DNA of 57,876 nt, from positions 1 to 57,876 of the forward strand of contig DASTBQ010000085.1 of NCBI GenBank assembly GCA_035711995.1. The letters run 5' to 3'. This DNA comes from Acidimicrobiia bacterium (GTDB lineage: Bacteria > Actinomycetota > Acidimicrobiia > Spongiisociales > ZC4RG35). The position numbers and the translations under genes are program-made. Below, piece after piece: positions 9,961 through 20,400 of the stretch. Position 1 is the stretch's first letter. Each line of letters opens with the position of its first letter. The notes under the pieces are model-generated. The model did not search any database. It saw only the letters and a list, made by a program, of their open reading frames with translations, and was not told the DNA's origin.

Positions 9961-11313
9961 CTAGGAGGGAGTCGTGGGGATGCGCACGGTGAATGTCGTG
10001 CCATCGCTGCCAGTTCTCAGTGAAATGTCTCCACCGACACGAGTGACAATGGTGTGGACGGTGTGCATCCCGAGACCCGTCCCCTTCCCCGGTTCTTTGG
10101 TGGTGAAGAAGGGATCGAAGATTCGCGGTGCGACGTCATCGGGGATACCCGGGCCGTTGTCGGACACCTCGACAACGACGTCATCTCCGTCGTTGTGAGC
10201 TGTGACCGTCAACTTTCCACCGGCAGACAGGACGTCGGCAGCGTTGTCGATGAGGTTCGTCCACACTTGGTTGAGGTCACGGCCGGGTGCTTCGACCATC
10301 TGCAGGTCTTCGTCGAAGTCGAGTGTGACGTCGACGCTGCGCAGCTTGTGCTTGAGGATGATGAGGGTGTCCTTGATGCCCGCAGTGATGTCGACCTCTT
10401 GGATCGGGGCGCGATCGAGGAATGAGTATTCCTTGACCACCCTGACCAGCTCGGATATGCGGTGGGCGCCCACACTGAGTTCTTCCACCACCTGGTCACT
10501 TGCCGCCCGAAGGCCGATCCAGCGGAGTAGATGCGGTTTGAGGTCGTCGGGGGCGCTCGCAACCGTTTCGGCCAGCTCCTCGGTGGTCCAGCCCGCGTCG
10601 ACCATGGCCGGAGCGATGTCCCATGGGCCCTCTACAGACATCGACTCCAGCCAGGCGACCAGGGCTTCCTCGGCATCGCCACGATCGAGGGCGGAGAGTT
10701 CGGTCGGATTCTGTGGATCCAACTCGATGGTTCGGTCACCGAACGCTGTGGACAGTGTGACCGCTTCTTCCCGCAGTTCCGCCTGGAGTCGGCTCAGCTC
10801 CTGTGTGGTCCGCGCCACTGCCGCAGCCGGATTGTTCAGCTCATGCATGAGCTGGGCGGCCATCTTGCCCAAGGCCGCCATGCGTTCCTCATGCCGCAGC
10901 GTGTCTTCGATGCCACGGAGACGCGAGGTCACCGTCCTGAACATACGACGCACGACACGGGAGTCACTAAGCAGATCCTCGAACGCCGCCACCGGGACAC
11001 GGATTGCCTGAGTGGGAGCGATCGCCGAGACGGTTGCGGTTCTCGGGGCCTGGTCGAGAAGAGCAATTTCCCCTACGACATCCCCGGGCCCGATCCGTCC
11101 CAACTCGACCTCTTTGTCGCCGCTCCGCTTGGTCACCGCGAGTTGGCCCTCGACGACGACGTACATCTCCTCGGAGTCGGTGCCCTCGCGGATGATGACG
11201 GTTCCCTCATCGAGCTCGATCTGCTCGGAGGCATCGCACACTCTTTCGAGGAGGGCTTGGGGGAGATCGGAGAAATAGGGCAGACCCCGCAGGATCTCGG
11301 CTGTCGTTCTCAA
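9961..11313 (-). CDS. cyclic-nucleotide-binding domain sensor histidine kinase (soluble)
   Basis: The N-terminal CNB domain has [15 protein letters not shown]. The H-box reads [12 protein letters not shown]. HATPase motifs are NLIDNA, DNGPGIP and GTGLGM. No TM segment is present. The TTG start forms a TTGA overlap with the upstream stop. Confidence 0.85.
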   Translation of the reverse strand: MRTTAEILRGLPYFSDLPQALLERVCDASEQIELDEGTVIIREGTDSEEMYVVVEGQLAVTKRSGDKEVELGRIGPGDVVGEIALLDQAPRTATVSAIAPTQAIRVPVAAFEDLLSDSRVVRRMFRTVTSRLRGIEDTLRHEERMAALGKMAAQLMHELNNPAAAVARTTQELSRLQAELREEAVTLSTAFGDRTIELDPQNPTELSALDRGDAEEALVAWLESMSVEGPWDIAPAMVDAGWTTEELAETVASAPDDLKPHLLRWIGLRAASDQVVEELSVGAHRISELVRVVKEYSFLDRAPIQEVDITAGIKDTLIILKHKLRSVDVTLDFDEDLQMVEAPGRDLNQVWTNLIDNAADVLSAGGKLTVTAHNDGDDVVVEVSDNGPGIPDDVAPRIFDPFFTTKEPGKGTGLGMHTVHTIVTRVGGDISLRTGSDGTTFTVRIPTTPS

Positions 11314-12965
11314 AGGGTTGCCAGGTAGCTGTGGACGAAACGGATGGCGGTGGATCCTTCTCCGGTCGCACCCGCTACCCGGCGGATCGAGCCATGGCGC
11401 ACGTCCCCGGCCACGAATATCCCTGGAACCGAAGCCTCGAGTGGGAACGGGTCACGCTCGAGGTGCCAGTCCTTCAGGGGGCCAACGTCGCCCCCGGTGA
11501 GGACGAATCCGCGCTCGTCGACCTGTACCAGATCGCTCAGCCATTCGGACTGGGCACGTTGCCCGATGAAGATGAAGATGGCTCCGGCTTCTCGCTCGGT
11601 GATCTCATCGGTGTCCAGGTTCTTCAGCGTCACGGTGCTGAGATGACCGTTGCCAGATGCCTTGACGATGGCGGTCCTCGGTAGGAGACTCACCGCATCG
11701 TTTGCCTCGAGATTGTCGATGAGATAGCGAGACATCGTTTCATCGAGGCTGGCGCCTCGAATCACGATGTTCACGTCGTCACTGAACCGGCTGAGGAACA
11801 TCGCTGCCTGGCCCGCCGAGTTGCCACCGCCCACGACGTACATTGGCTTGCCACGGTGGTGCTCGGCCTCCATGCGCGACGTGCCGTAGTACACGCCCGT
11901 TCCCACGAGATCGTCGAGCCCTTCGGCTTCGAGTCGTCTGTAATCGACGCCACTTGTGACCACCATCGCCTTGGCGGCGACCGTGGAGCCATCGTCGAGG
12001 TGGACGATCTTGTACGGGTCCTTTCGCTCGATCTTGGAAACCCGGGCCGGGACCAGTAGCTCAGCGCCGAAGCGAGCTGCCTGCGCTGCCGCCCGACGTG
12101 CCAGATCGGCGCCACTGATGCCCTTGGGGAATCCGAGATAGTTCTCGATGAGGTTGGATTGGCCGGCCTGTCCCCCCGGCGCCGCTGCTTCGATCAACAG
12201 GGTCTTGAGCCCTTCGGACGCTCCGTAGACGGCTGCGGCGAGTCCAGCTGGGCCCGCGCCGACAATGATCACGTCGTAGGTCTCCGAGCTTGCCTGGTGC
12301 TGGAGACCGATGCGAGCGGCGACCTCGCCCGGTGAGGGACGGGACATCGGATCGCCGTCCGGGAAGAGGACCAACGGCAGACCGTCGTTGCCGACACCGG
12401 CTGCCTTCATCAGTGATTCCGCATCGGGGTGGGTGCCGACGACGATCGACATGTACGGAATCTGGTTGTTGGCGAGGAAGGCCCGCAGTTCGAATGCCTC
12501 CTTCGACCATTCGTGGCTGACCACCCGAATGCCGGAGAAGGTGGGCCTGTAATCGGCCTGCCAGTCGGTGAGGAGATCATCGAGGATCGGGAAGAGCCTC
12601 TCGTCGGGCGGATCCCAAGGCTTCATGATGTAGTGATCGAGACCTACGTCGTTGATCGCCGAAATTGCCGCCTCCGTGTCTGCATACGCGGTGAGCAGTG
12701 CCTTCTTGGCGTCGGGAAACAAATCGAGGGACGCCCTCAGCACATCTACCCCGGTTACGTGTGGCATGCGCTGGTCGGCCAGGATCAGCGCCACGGCATC
12801 ACCCCGGGTCGACAGTTCCGCCAGGACGTCGATTGCTTCCTGGCCGCCCCCAGCACCGATGATCCGGTAGTCCGTTGCATATCTGCCCCGGAGATCGCGT
12901 TGAACTGCGCGGAGGACCTCGGGCTCGTCGTCGACGGTGAGGATTACCGGAGGCGAGTCGCTCAC
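11310..12965 (-). CDS. fused response-regulator receiver / thioredoxin-reductase-like flavoprotein (no cysteines)
   Basis: The REC domain shows ILTVDDEP..., LILADQRMP and a KPWD tail. A central thioredoxin-fold-like linker follows. The FAD/NAD(P) folds are YDVIIVGAGPAGLAAAVY and YVVGGGNSAGQAA. The GTG start forms a GTGA overlap with the zf-UBP stop. Confidence 0.85.
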   Translation of the reverse strand: MSDSPPVILTVDDEPEVLRAVQRDLRGRYATDYRIIGAGGGQEAIDVLAELSTRGDAVALILADQRMPHVTGVDVLRASLDLFPDAKKALLTAYADTEAAISAINDVGLDHYIMKPWDPPDERLFPILDDLLTDWQADYRPTFSGIRVVSHEWSKEAFELRAFLANNQIPYMSIVVGTHPDAESLMKAAGVGNDGLPLVLFPDGDPMSRPSPGEVAARIGLQHQASSETYDVIIVGAGPAGLAAAVYGASEGLKTLLIEAAAPGGQAGQSNLIENYLGFPKGISGADLARRAAAQAARFGAELLVPARVSKIERKDPYKIVHLDDGSTVAAKAMVVTSGVDYRRLEAEGLDDLVGTGVYYGTSRMEAEHHRGKPMYVVGGGNSAGQAAMFLSRFSDDVNIVIRGASLDETMSRYLIDNLEANDAVSLLPRTAIVKASGNGHLSTVTLKNLDTDEITEREAGAIFIFIGQRAQSEWLSDLVQVDERGFVLTGGDVGPLKDWHLERDPFPLEASVPGIFVAGDVRHGSIRRVAGATGEGSTAIRFVHSYLATL

Positions 12966-13234
12966 TTGGACAGATAGTGGTCGGGGAAGCAGTAGCGCCA
13001 GGTTTCGCCGGGCTCCACCGATTGGATCAGCGGGTGTTGAGTCTCTTCCCAGTGCCGGCGGGCATGACGATTTGGAGAGTTGTCACAGCAACCCACTGCG
13101 CCGCATTCGAGACAAGCTCGAAGATGGACCCACTTGCTCCCGATGGCAACACACTGATCACACACCTTCGACGATGGTGTGGCTGGCTCGGTGAGTTGAT
13201 CGAAGTGGTTGCAGGTGCGAATAGCCATCGGCAA
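12962..13234 (-). CDS. UBP-type zinc-finger protein
   Basis: The CNH...C.QC....KWVHLR.CL.CG.VGCCD.S...HA..H...T.HP pattern is present. The start is TTG at 13234 or ATG at 13228. Confidence 0.8.
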   Translation of the reverse strand: MPMAIRTCNHFDQLTEPATPSSKVCDQCVAIGSKWVHLRACLECGAVGCCDNSPNRHARRHWEETQHPLIQSVEPGETWRYCFPDHYLSK

Positions 13235-13332
13235 GTCGCATCATAAGGGAGCCTTGCGGTCGAACGCTCTCCCCTGCGCGCTTCACGATTTGGTCTGGGT
13301 GCTTATCGTGTCACAGCCCTGAGGGTCGAATC

Positions 13333-14535
13333 ATGAGCGTCATCCGCATATCACCACCACAACTCAGGACCAAGGAATCCGAAGGACACCGGACCGCCAC
13401 CTGGTTGGAGTTGTTCTACGACCTGGTCTTCGTTGTCGCAGTTGCGATCGTCGCCGCCCGTCTTCTCGGAGACGTGACCTGGACCGGGATGGCCTCGTTC
13501 TTCGGCTACTTCGCCCTCCTCTGGTGGCTCTGGGCCAGCCATACGTACTACGCCGACCGATACGACACCGACGATCTCGTGTATCGCCTCCTCGCCGCAG
13601 GCCAGATGGTTGCGATAGTCGTGATCGCGGCCGCTCTCTCACCGGACGAAGCCGGTTCGACCCGGGCCTTCTCATTTGGGTACGCCGCCTCCCGCATCTT
13701 TCTCTTGGTCATGTATTGGCGGGCCTATCGTCACGTTGCCGAGACCCGGGTCCTGGTCAAGGGGTATCTCATCGGGTTCGGTGCGGCGGCGATTGTGTGG
13801 ACCGCTTCCGCCCTCGTGAGCGACGACGCCCGCGTCGCTTTGTGGGTGGTGGCTCTCGTCATCGATCTGGCCACGCCGTGGCTGATGCGTCAGGAGCAGG
13901 CTCGGGTGCCCCTCGACGTATCTCATCTTCCCGAGAGGTTCGGGTTGTTCACGATCCTGGTGCTTGGAGAAGCGATCGCCGCCGTCATCATGGGACTCGG
14001 TCACTCCCACTGGGCGGTTTTGACGACGCTTGCAGCCGCGCTCGGCGTCGGGGTCGCCACTGCGCTCTGGTGGCTCTACTTCGACAATGCTCGTGGCGCT
14101 GTCGTCCGTCGCGACGCCTCTGTGCGCCGGACCTGGCGACCGACGGTGTGGATCTACTCCCACCTGCCACTGGCTGCCGGTCTGGCGGCATCAGGCGTCG
14201 CTTTGGAGATGGCCGTGGCTGAGGCAGGGCACGGGGCCATGCCATTCACCGATAGATGGCTGTTGGTCGGATCCGTCTCGGTGGTATTCCTATGTCTGGC
14301 GACGATCCAGCTCGCCGCCACGGCTCCAGGACGCGGACCGGGTCGATCTATCGTTCTCTCGAGACTGCTCGGGATCCCGTTCCTCCTGATGATTGGTCTG
14401 TTCTCGGACCTCGAATCACAGTGGGTGGCGCTCGGTGTGCTTGGAGTGTGCATCGCCGAAATCGTTTCCGACATGTCCGCACCCGACGGAGCAGAAGCTC
14501 CGTCACTCGAGGAACCAGAGGTGATAGATGATTGA
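13333..14535 (+). CDS. low-temperature-requirement protein A (LtrA) family membrane protein
   Basis: ATWLELFYDLVFVVAV is at the N-terminus, and the protein is polytopic with about 10 hydrophobic helices. Confidence 0.8.
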   Translation: MSVIRISPPQLRTKESEGHRTATWLELFYDLVFVVAVAIVAARLLGDVTWTGMASFFGYFALLWWLWASHTYYADRYDTDDLVYRLLAAGQMVAIVVIAAALSPDEAGSTRAFSFGYAASRIFLLVMYWRAYRHVAETRVLVKGYLIGFGAAAIVWTASALVSDDARVALWVVALVIDLATPWLMRQEQARVPLDVSHLPERFGLFTILVLGEAIAAVIMGLGHSHWAVLTTLAAALGVGVATALWWLYFDNARGAVVRRDASVRRTWRPTVWIYSHLPLAAGLAASGVALEMAVAEAGHGAMPFTDRWLLVGSVSVVFLCLATIQLAATAPGRGPGRSIVLSRLLGIPFLLMIGLFSDLESQWVALGVLGVCIAEIVSDMSAPDGAEAPSLEEPEVIDD

Positions 14536-14857
14536 GATAGACGACTCTCGTATCGAGATACGAGACGAGGATTCGGAGGCTGCCTACTTGATCGTCGTCG
14601 ACGGTTCTCCGGTGGGAAGAGCCGAGTACCGGACCATCGAGGACCGTCGTGTCTTCACACACACCGAGGTCGACGAGGAATACTCCGGGATGGGTCTGGC
14701 GAACAGGCTGGTGAGGTTTGCGCTGGATGACATGCAAGAGCAAGGAAAGTCGATAGTCCCGATCTGCCCCTTCTTCGCCGCCTACATACGGCGCCATCCC
14801 GAATACGACGATCTAGTCGATCACGGTCTGGCTAGGCAGCTGAAGAAGAGTCGCTAG
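14528..14857 (+). CDS. small GNAT-family N-acetyltransferase (YjdJ-like)
   Basis: 109 aa. TEVDEEYSGMGLANRLVRFALDD and the CPFFAAYIRRHPEY tail are typical of this short GNAT group. It overlaps the end of ltrA by 8 nt. Confidence 0.7.
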   Translation: MIEIDDSRIEIRDEDSEAAYLIVVDGSPVGRAEYRTIEDRRVFTHTEVDEEYSGMGLANRLVRFALDDMQEQGKSIVPICPFFAAYIRRHPEYDDLVDHGLARQLKKSR

Positions 14858-14860
14858 ATC

Positions 14861-15688
14861 TCAGACGTCGATCGTGAGCTCGGCCACCCCCGGCTCGAGT
14901 GCTGTCCCGTTCAGCATCGAACGGAGCTCGGTATGCAGCTCGTCGAGCTGGACGTCGGAGTGGGCGGGGTCATGGTGGAACGTCACGAGACGGGGGGTCT
15001 CGGCCATCCGGGCGAAATCGACGAGTTGGCTGAACGAGGTGTGACCCCACCCGACACGGCGGGCGTACTCCTGTTCCGTGTACTGCGCATCGTGGATCAA
15101 CACGTCGGCGTTCACGGCTAGGTCGTATCCGGAGATCCACTCGGTCTTGCTCGGGACCGCCCCGATGCCCAGTGCCGGCTCATGATCTGATAGGTACGCG
15201 ACACTCTTGCCGTCCTCGGTTATCCGGTAACCCAAGGTCGATCCCGGATGGGTTATCAGATCGGCACGAATTTCGAGTTCGCCAATGTGAAATCGTGAAG
15301 GGGTCACATCGTGGAACGTCACACTTGGCAGGTCCCGAACTCGAACCGGGAACAGGGGAGGAGACAAGTAGCGCGAGATCCGTGAACGGAGGTCTCGGGT
15401 TGTCGAGATGGGACCCCAAACGTGGGTCTCCACCTCGGGGTTCAGAAGAGGTCGGAAAAAGGGGAGACCCTGCACATGGTCCATGTGCAGATGGCTGAGC
15501 AGGATGTCGACTCGTTCGTGGTCCCCTATGTGGTTACCGAGCTGGCGTATGCCACTCCCTGCGTCGAGCACGACAAGGTTGCCGTCGGAGGTGAGTAGCT
15601 CGACGGACGAGGTGTCACCGCCATAACGGACTGTGTCAGGCCCCGAGGCCCCGATCGAGCCCCGGGTGCCCCACAAGCGCAGCCTCAA
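14861..15688 (-). CDS. MBL-fold metallo-hydrolase
   Basis: LWGTRGS, VLDAGSG, the HxHxDH motif SHLHMDHVQG and a distal H/D set are present. The TTG start overlaps the PAS gene stop (TTGA). Confidence 0.8.
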   Translation of the reverse strand: MRLRLWGTRGSIGASGPDTVRYGGDTSSVELLTSDGNLVVLDAGSGIRQLGNHIGDHERVDILLSHLHMDHVQGLPFFRPLLNPEVETHVWGPISTTRDLRSRISRYLSPPLFPVRVRDLPSVTFHDVTPSRFHIGELEIRADLITHPGSTLGYRITEDGKSVAYLSDHEPALGIGAVPSKTEWISGYDLAVNADVLIHDAQYTEQEYARRVGWGHTSFSQLVDFARMAETPRLVTFHHDPAHSDVQLDELHTELRSMLNGTALEPGVAELTIDV

Positions 15689-16083
15689 TCGCCGATCTCC
15701 CAGAAAGTGGCGAACACGCCCGCAAATCGGGCGCCCTGACCTTCGACTGGCATGGCGGACACAGCCACGTCACGCCAGACCCCGTCGATCCCACAGAACC
15801 GGACCTCTCTGTGGTTGGGCTGACGTTTGGAGAGAGCGACGACCACCGGAAACTCGTAATCCTCCATGTGTGTGCCATCGAGATTGGTCAGCCGGAACAT
15901 GGCGCCCAGTTGCTCTGCATGGACCGGACCCACCTCGTCGAACTGAATCCCCAGCAGACCTTCGGCTGGCTCGTTGTAGTAGACGAGGTTGCCGTCGCTG
16001 TCCATCATCCAGATCGGGATGCTCAGATAGCTGGCCACCTGACGGAGGAGGATCATCTCCACCGGCTGCTGGGTTTGCATCAC
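15685..16083 (-). CDS. stand-alone PAS-domain protein
   Basis: 132 aa. The IWMMDSDGNLVYYNEPAEGLLG ... R.CGIDGVWRDV pattern is a PAS fold. It is coupled to the MBL gene. Confidence 0.65.
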   Translation of the reverse strand: MMQTQQPVEMILLRQVASYLSIPIWMMDSDGNLVYYNEPAEGLLGIQFDEVGPVHAEQLGAMFRLTNLDGTHMEDYEFPVVVALSKRQPNHREVRFCGIDGVWRDVAVSAMPVEGQGARFAGVFATFWEIGD

Positions 16084-16222
16084 TACAAACTACTTCGGTC
16101 GTGGAGTCTTCGGAGCCGCCGGGCAGTTATTCGATGACAGACCACGGGGAGTGTTGAGTGTTGCTATCGTTGTGATGTTCAACGGTAAGTGCCTCAGAAG
16201 GGGCGAAAGGGGTTGGGAGCCC

Positions 16223-17467
16223 ATGAATGGGAAAATACAAACACGTCTTGCGCTACTTGTCGGGGTCGCGGCCCTAGCCGCGGTTGTCGTACCGGCAACA
16301 CTTGCCCTCGGATCGCACCAAGGAGGAGAAACGGTTGAGGGCCCTGCCTCATACGTCTTTCTAGAGATGGGAAGGAACGATCGGGTGACCTTCGAGGGTC
16401 AGACGCAGCCGATTACCACACGCAACAACAACTGCACGGTGGTCACATTGGGTAGTCCGGAACTCCTGGTGCTCACCCCATTTGGGGGTGTCCTCGGTCA
16501 CACCAAGGATGCGTTAGGTGTGCAGAGCACCGGTGACGGAAGTGGCGAGCCATGCTCACGTGTCGATTCCGGCAAGAGTGAGGCGATCTCGGTCAGCCTT
16601 GGCTCAGCGATGGCCGGCTCAGTCATGACTGCTGTCGATGTCGATCTCGAACTGAAGAGCAACGCCACAGTTCAAGTGAGTTATCTCCACGAAGGTGTCC
16701 AGGTGGCTACGCATATGTTCAACCCGACCGATGCCTCTGACGATGGTCCCGATTCAGGTGATGGTGACAACTATCGCTACGCCCATCGGCCGATGAGTGG
16801 TGGCGAGCAGGTCTATTTCGACGAGGTGAAGTTCACACCGATCACGGGCATCCTCTCTTTGGAGGGTGGCTCTGACGGCACCGACGCCGGCAGTCTGGTC
16901 ACGACCAACAACTTCAGCCAGTTCGAGGTCATGCAGGGGTTCGATGGCGAGATCACGTGTGGCGACGAGGAGCCCATCGGGGCCGGGGGAACCACTTCCG
17001 GAGTCGTAACCATGCACTCCGAAGACAAGGGTGAAGGCTGGCTGCTCGATCCCAATTGCGATCTCAAGCCATATAACGCTTGGACCACGTCGGACTCGCT
17101 GGCCTTCGTGCCCGAGCTCGAGGGGACGACGGCTCGGTACACCATCGCGGTCACCGTGAAAGACCAGGCGATCGTGGTCGAGCCCGACGGCACCATCAGT
17201 TCGCTGATAGCCGTCTACGACCCGGCGCCGGCGCTGGCCTTCCCTGACGTGTCTGCCGACCTGCCACTTCCAGCCTGCGAAGGCACTCCGGAGCTGGTCC
17301 CGGGGGCGGCCTCTGACGCCTTTTGGACACAGGCAGACGTAGGTCTTCTCCCCGACGGGGCGACCGCGTGCTGGTATCACGCCTCGGTGGAGCCAACCGG
17401 CGAAGGTGAGGGAACCGAAATCTGGGGCATCTACTTCGAGGACGACCCCGGGTTCGGATTCAAGTAG
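16223..17467 (+). CDS. secreted protein of unknown function
   Basis: The ATG at 16223 gives a signal-peptide-like N-terminus, MNGKIQTRLALLVGVAALAAVVVPATLALGSHQ. I recognise no family motif. The product is Gly/Asp/Thr-rich. Confidence 0.6.
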   Translation: MNGKIQTRLALLVGVAALAAVVVPATLALGSHQGGETVEGPASYVFLEMGRNDRVTFEGQTQPITTRNNNCTVVTLGSPELLVLTPFGGVLGHTKDALGVQSTGDGSGEPCSRVDSGKSEAISVSLGSAMAGSVMTAVDVDLELKSNATVQVSYLHEGVQVATHMFNPTDASDDGPDSGDGDNYRYAHRPMSGGEQVYFDEVKFTPITGILSLEGGSDGTDAGSLVTTNNFSQFEVMQGFDGEITCGDEEPIGAGGTTSGVVTMHSEDKGEGWLLDPNCDLKPYNAWTTSDSLAFVPELEGTTARYTIAVTVKDQAIVVEPDGTISSLIAVYDPAPALAFPDVSADLPLPACEGTPELVPGAASDAFWTQADVGLLPDGATACWYHASVEPTGEGEGTEIWGIYFEDDPGFGFK

Positions 17468-20400
17468 CAGCGACTTGATCCTCGATGCCGAGCGTGGCGC
17501 GTTCGGCATCGAGGATCTCTTGCAGCGAGGAATCGACTTCGCCCATTGAGATGAGCGCCTCGGCCAGCTGAACTACGTCGAATTTGTTCCCGCTGTCCGT
17601 GACTTGTTGCAAGGCCTCCGTCACCGTTTCACGCGCCTTTTCTCGATCGCCAAGCCCGTCCCAGCGCACAGCGGAAGCGATGGCAAGTCGTGCCCTGAAT
17701 TCCCCTGTATCGGTTGATCCGGGCTGTTGGATCGCGTCAAGCAGGTCCTTGGCTCTCTCGAATTGACCGTCTCTAGCCAGCGCGTCTACGAGGGTCACCC
17801 GGCTTTCCAGGGACCATGCCGAGTCTGGCTGCGACTCGAGCGAACCTTCGAGACGTTCTATCGCGTCACTAAAGCGACTCTCTCCTGTGAAAAGACGTGC
17901 CCACTGCAGGTCGACGAGGGGCATGTAGTGACGTGCGTTAGACGCCCGATAGGTCCGCTCCGCTTCTCCGAGGGGTGAGCGAGCTTCGGAATACCGTCGT
18001 TGGCTGATCAGTATTTCCGCAATGTTTGCCCGGATGAGTGCAGCATAAAAAACGTCGCCCGATCTCTCCGCGGCGTTCAGACTCTGCTCATACCAATCGA
18101 TGGCCTGGTCCCATTGGTCTTCTAGGTAAGCGAACGCCCCCATATTGTTCATGATCACCGCCGCCCTCGAGATCGATCCGAGGCTCGTGTAGATCTCGAT
18201 CGCCTCCTCTCCATGACGTGGTTCGTCGACGCCCAACATGAAGTTCGACCAATCGAGAACGCCGTATGCTCGGGCGATGGCCTCACGCTCGTCGTAGTCT
18301 TGCCCCAGCGCAATCGCTTCTCGAGCGCAAGCGGCGGCGTGATGGGGCTCGCCGTCGGCAGCATGGACACTGGCTTCATACGCAATCAATCGGGCCAGGC
18401 TCGCTCCCTCTCGTGCTGAAAATGGAGAAGGCCCGACTGCTTTTCGGCCAAGAGTCAGGTTCCGTTTCGCCTGCGACAAGTTTCCCGTTCCCATCCAGGT
18501 CTCGGCTTGCTTCAGATAGATCTCAGCTATCCGTTCCGGATTGCCGTTCCCGGCATTGATCGCACGTCGGAACGCTTTTCGAGCTTCCTCATAGTCGCCA
18601 ATCATGTCGTGAACCTCGCCAAGGCTGGCCCAGGTGTCGGCAACAGATGCTGCGCTGACCCCGGGGAGATGCCTTGCCGATTCGAGCGCACGTTCGTAAT
18701 GAACGACAGCTTCGGAGTTCGAAAAGGCTGCTTGTGACTTGGCGGCAGCGATCCGGGAGTATTCCCATGCCTTTTCGTGCCGTCCTGCTTCGGAGAAGTG
18801 GTAGGCGAGGAACTCAGCCGAAGCCGCTGGATCGTGGCCCGACATTCGCTCGACGACCTCACCGGCCCTGCCGTGGAGTTCCCTGCGACGCCGATACGGA
18901 AGTCCCTGATAAGCGACGTCATGGACAACGGCATGCTTGAAGCGGAGCCGCGTATTGCCATCAGCCTCGATGAAACGTTCCAATGTCGTTCGGGTTGCCT
19001 CGTCGATCTCGATGGCATCGGGGGCCAAGAATTCGTCGAGCACCAATGTCGGGAAGCTGTTGCCCAAGACCGACGAGTAGCGGAGGGTTTGCCGCGCCAG
19101 GGGAGGGAGGGAGTCGATCTGGGTCGAAACGACGGCGTCGAGCGAGTCTGGAATATTCTCTGCGCTCCCGGTCTCGCGTATGACACCGATGATCTCAGAG
19201 AGAAATAGGGGATTACCACCGGCCCGATTCACGATGTTGTCGAGCTGATACGGTCGCAACGGCGCTGCGGATGTCGCCTCGATCGTGATCTGACGCATCG
19301 TTTGATCGTCGAGTGGAGCCAGGGCTATCCCATCACCAAACGAATTCACGTCGAGGCCCTCCAGATCACGCGTCGTTGCTATGACAGTCCAGGGCCGCGT
19401 CTCGGCGGCCGACCCGATGCGGAGCAGCAGGTTCCGGGACGCCTCGTCGAGCCATTGAGCATCATCAGCAACCACGGCGAACGGCTCATTGTGGAGTTCC
19501 GATAGCAGGTCGACTATTGCGGCCGCAGTCCGCTCGGGCCGAAAGCGCGGGTCGATGGCAGCTGTGGTCTCGTTGTCAGCGATATCGATGTGAAGCACGT
19601 CACCTAGCAGCGGAATCAGCGGGCGGAGGTCTGGGGCCGCCTTTCTGATTGCCGCGCTCAACCGACGAGTCATCGTTTTCGCGTCGCCACGCTCTATGCC
19701 GAGCTCACGTCGCAGAGGGTCGCGAAAGGCCCAATAAGCGTTGTCAGACCCGTTGGGCTCCGCCTTGATGGTAAGCGTCGCCAGACCGGGGCATCTTTCG
19801 ATCACTTCGGCGATCAGGCGGGTCTTTCCGATTCCGGTGTCACCCGCGATGGTCATCATCCCGCCTCGTCCGACCCGGGCACAGGTGGTGACGATGGAAA
19901 CGAGCATCTCCAACTCGGCCTCCCGACCATGGAACGGAAGTTCATGTTTGGTCTCTGGAGGACGCACCCCGATCTCCTCGAACACCTCGTAGGCAAGAAC
20001 CGGCTGCTCCTTGCCCTTGACGTGGAACGGCTCCAGTGCTTCGGTATGGAAGAGGCTCGAAGCTGCGTCGAGCACGCCGGGACTCGAGTACAACGACCCG
20101 GGTGGGGCCGCAGCCATGAGCCGTGCTGCGAGATTGACCGTGTCCCCCATCACCGTGAAAGTTCTGCGAAAATCAGTGCCGACATCGCCGGCGAACACAT
20201 GCCCCCGGTTCACCCCGACCTGAACTGACAGGTCGAGGTCGCTGTCGAGGATGGAACGGGCGGCGCGGAGAACGCTTCCCTCGTCGTCATGCTTGCTGGC
20301 GGGAACACCCCCGGCAATGATGACCTTTCCTCCGTCAGAATCGATGTCGGTGGCCAAGAAGGTGATCTCTTCTGCATCGACTGACCGCTGAATCGCACTG

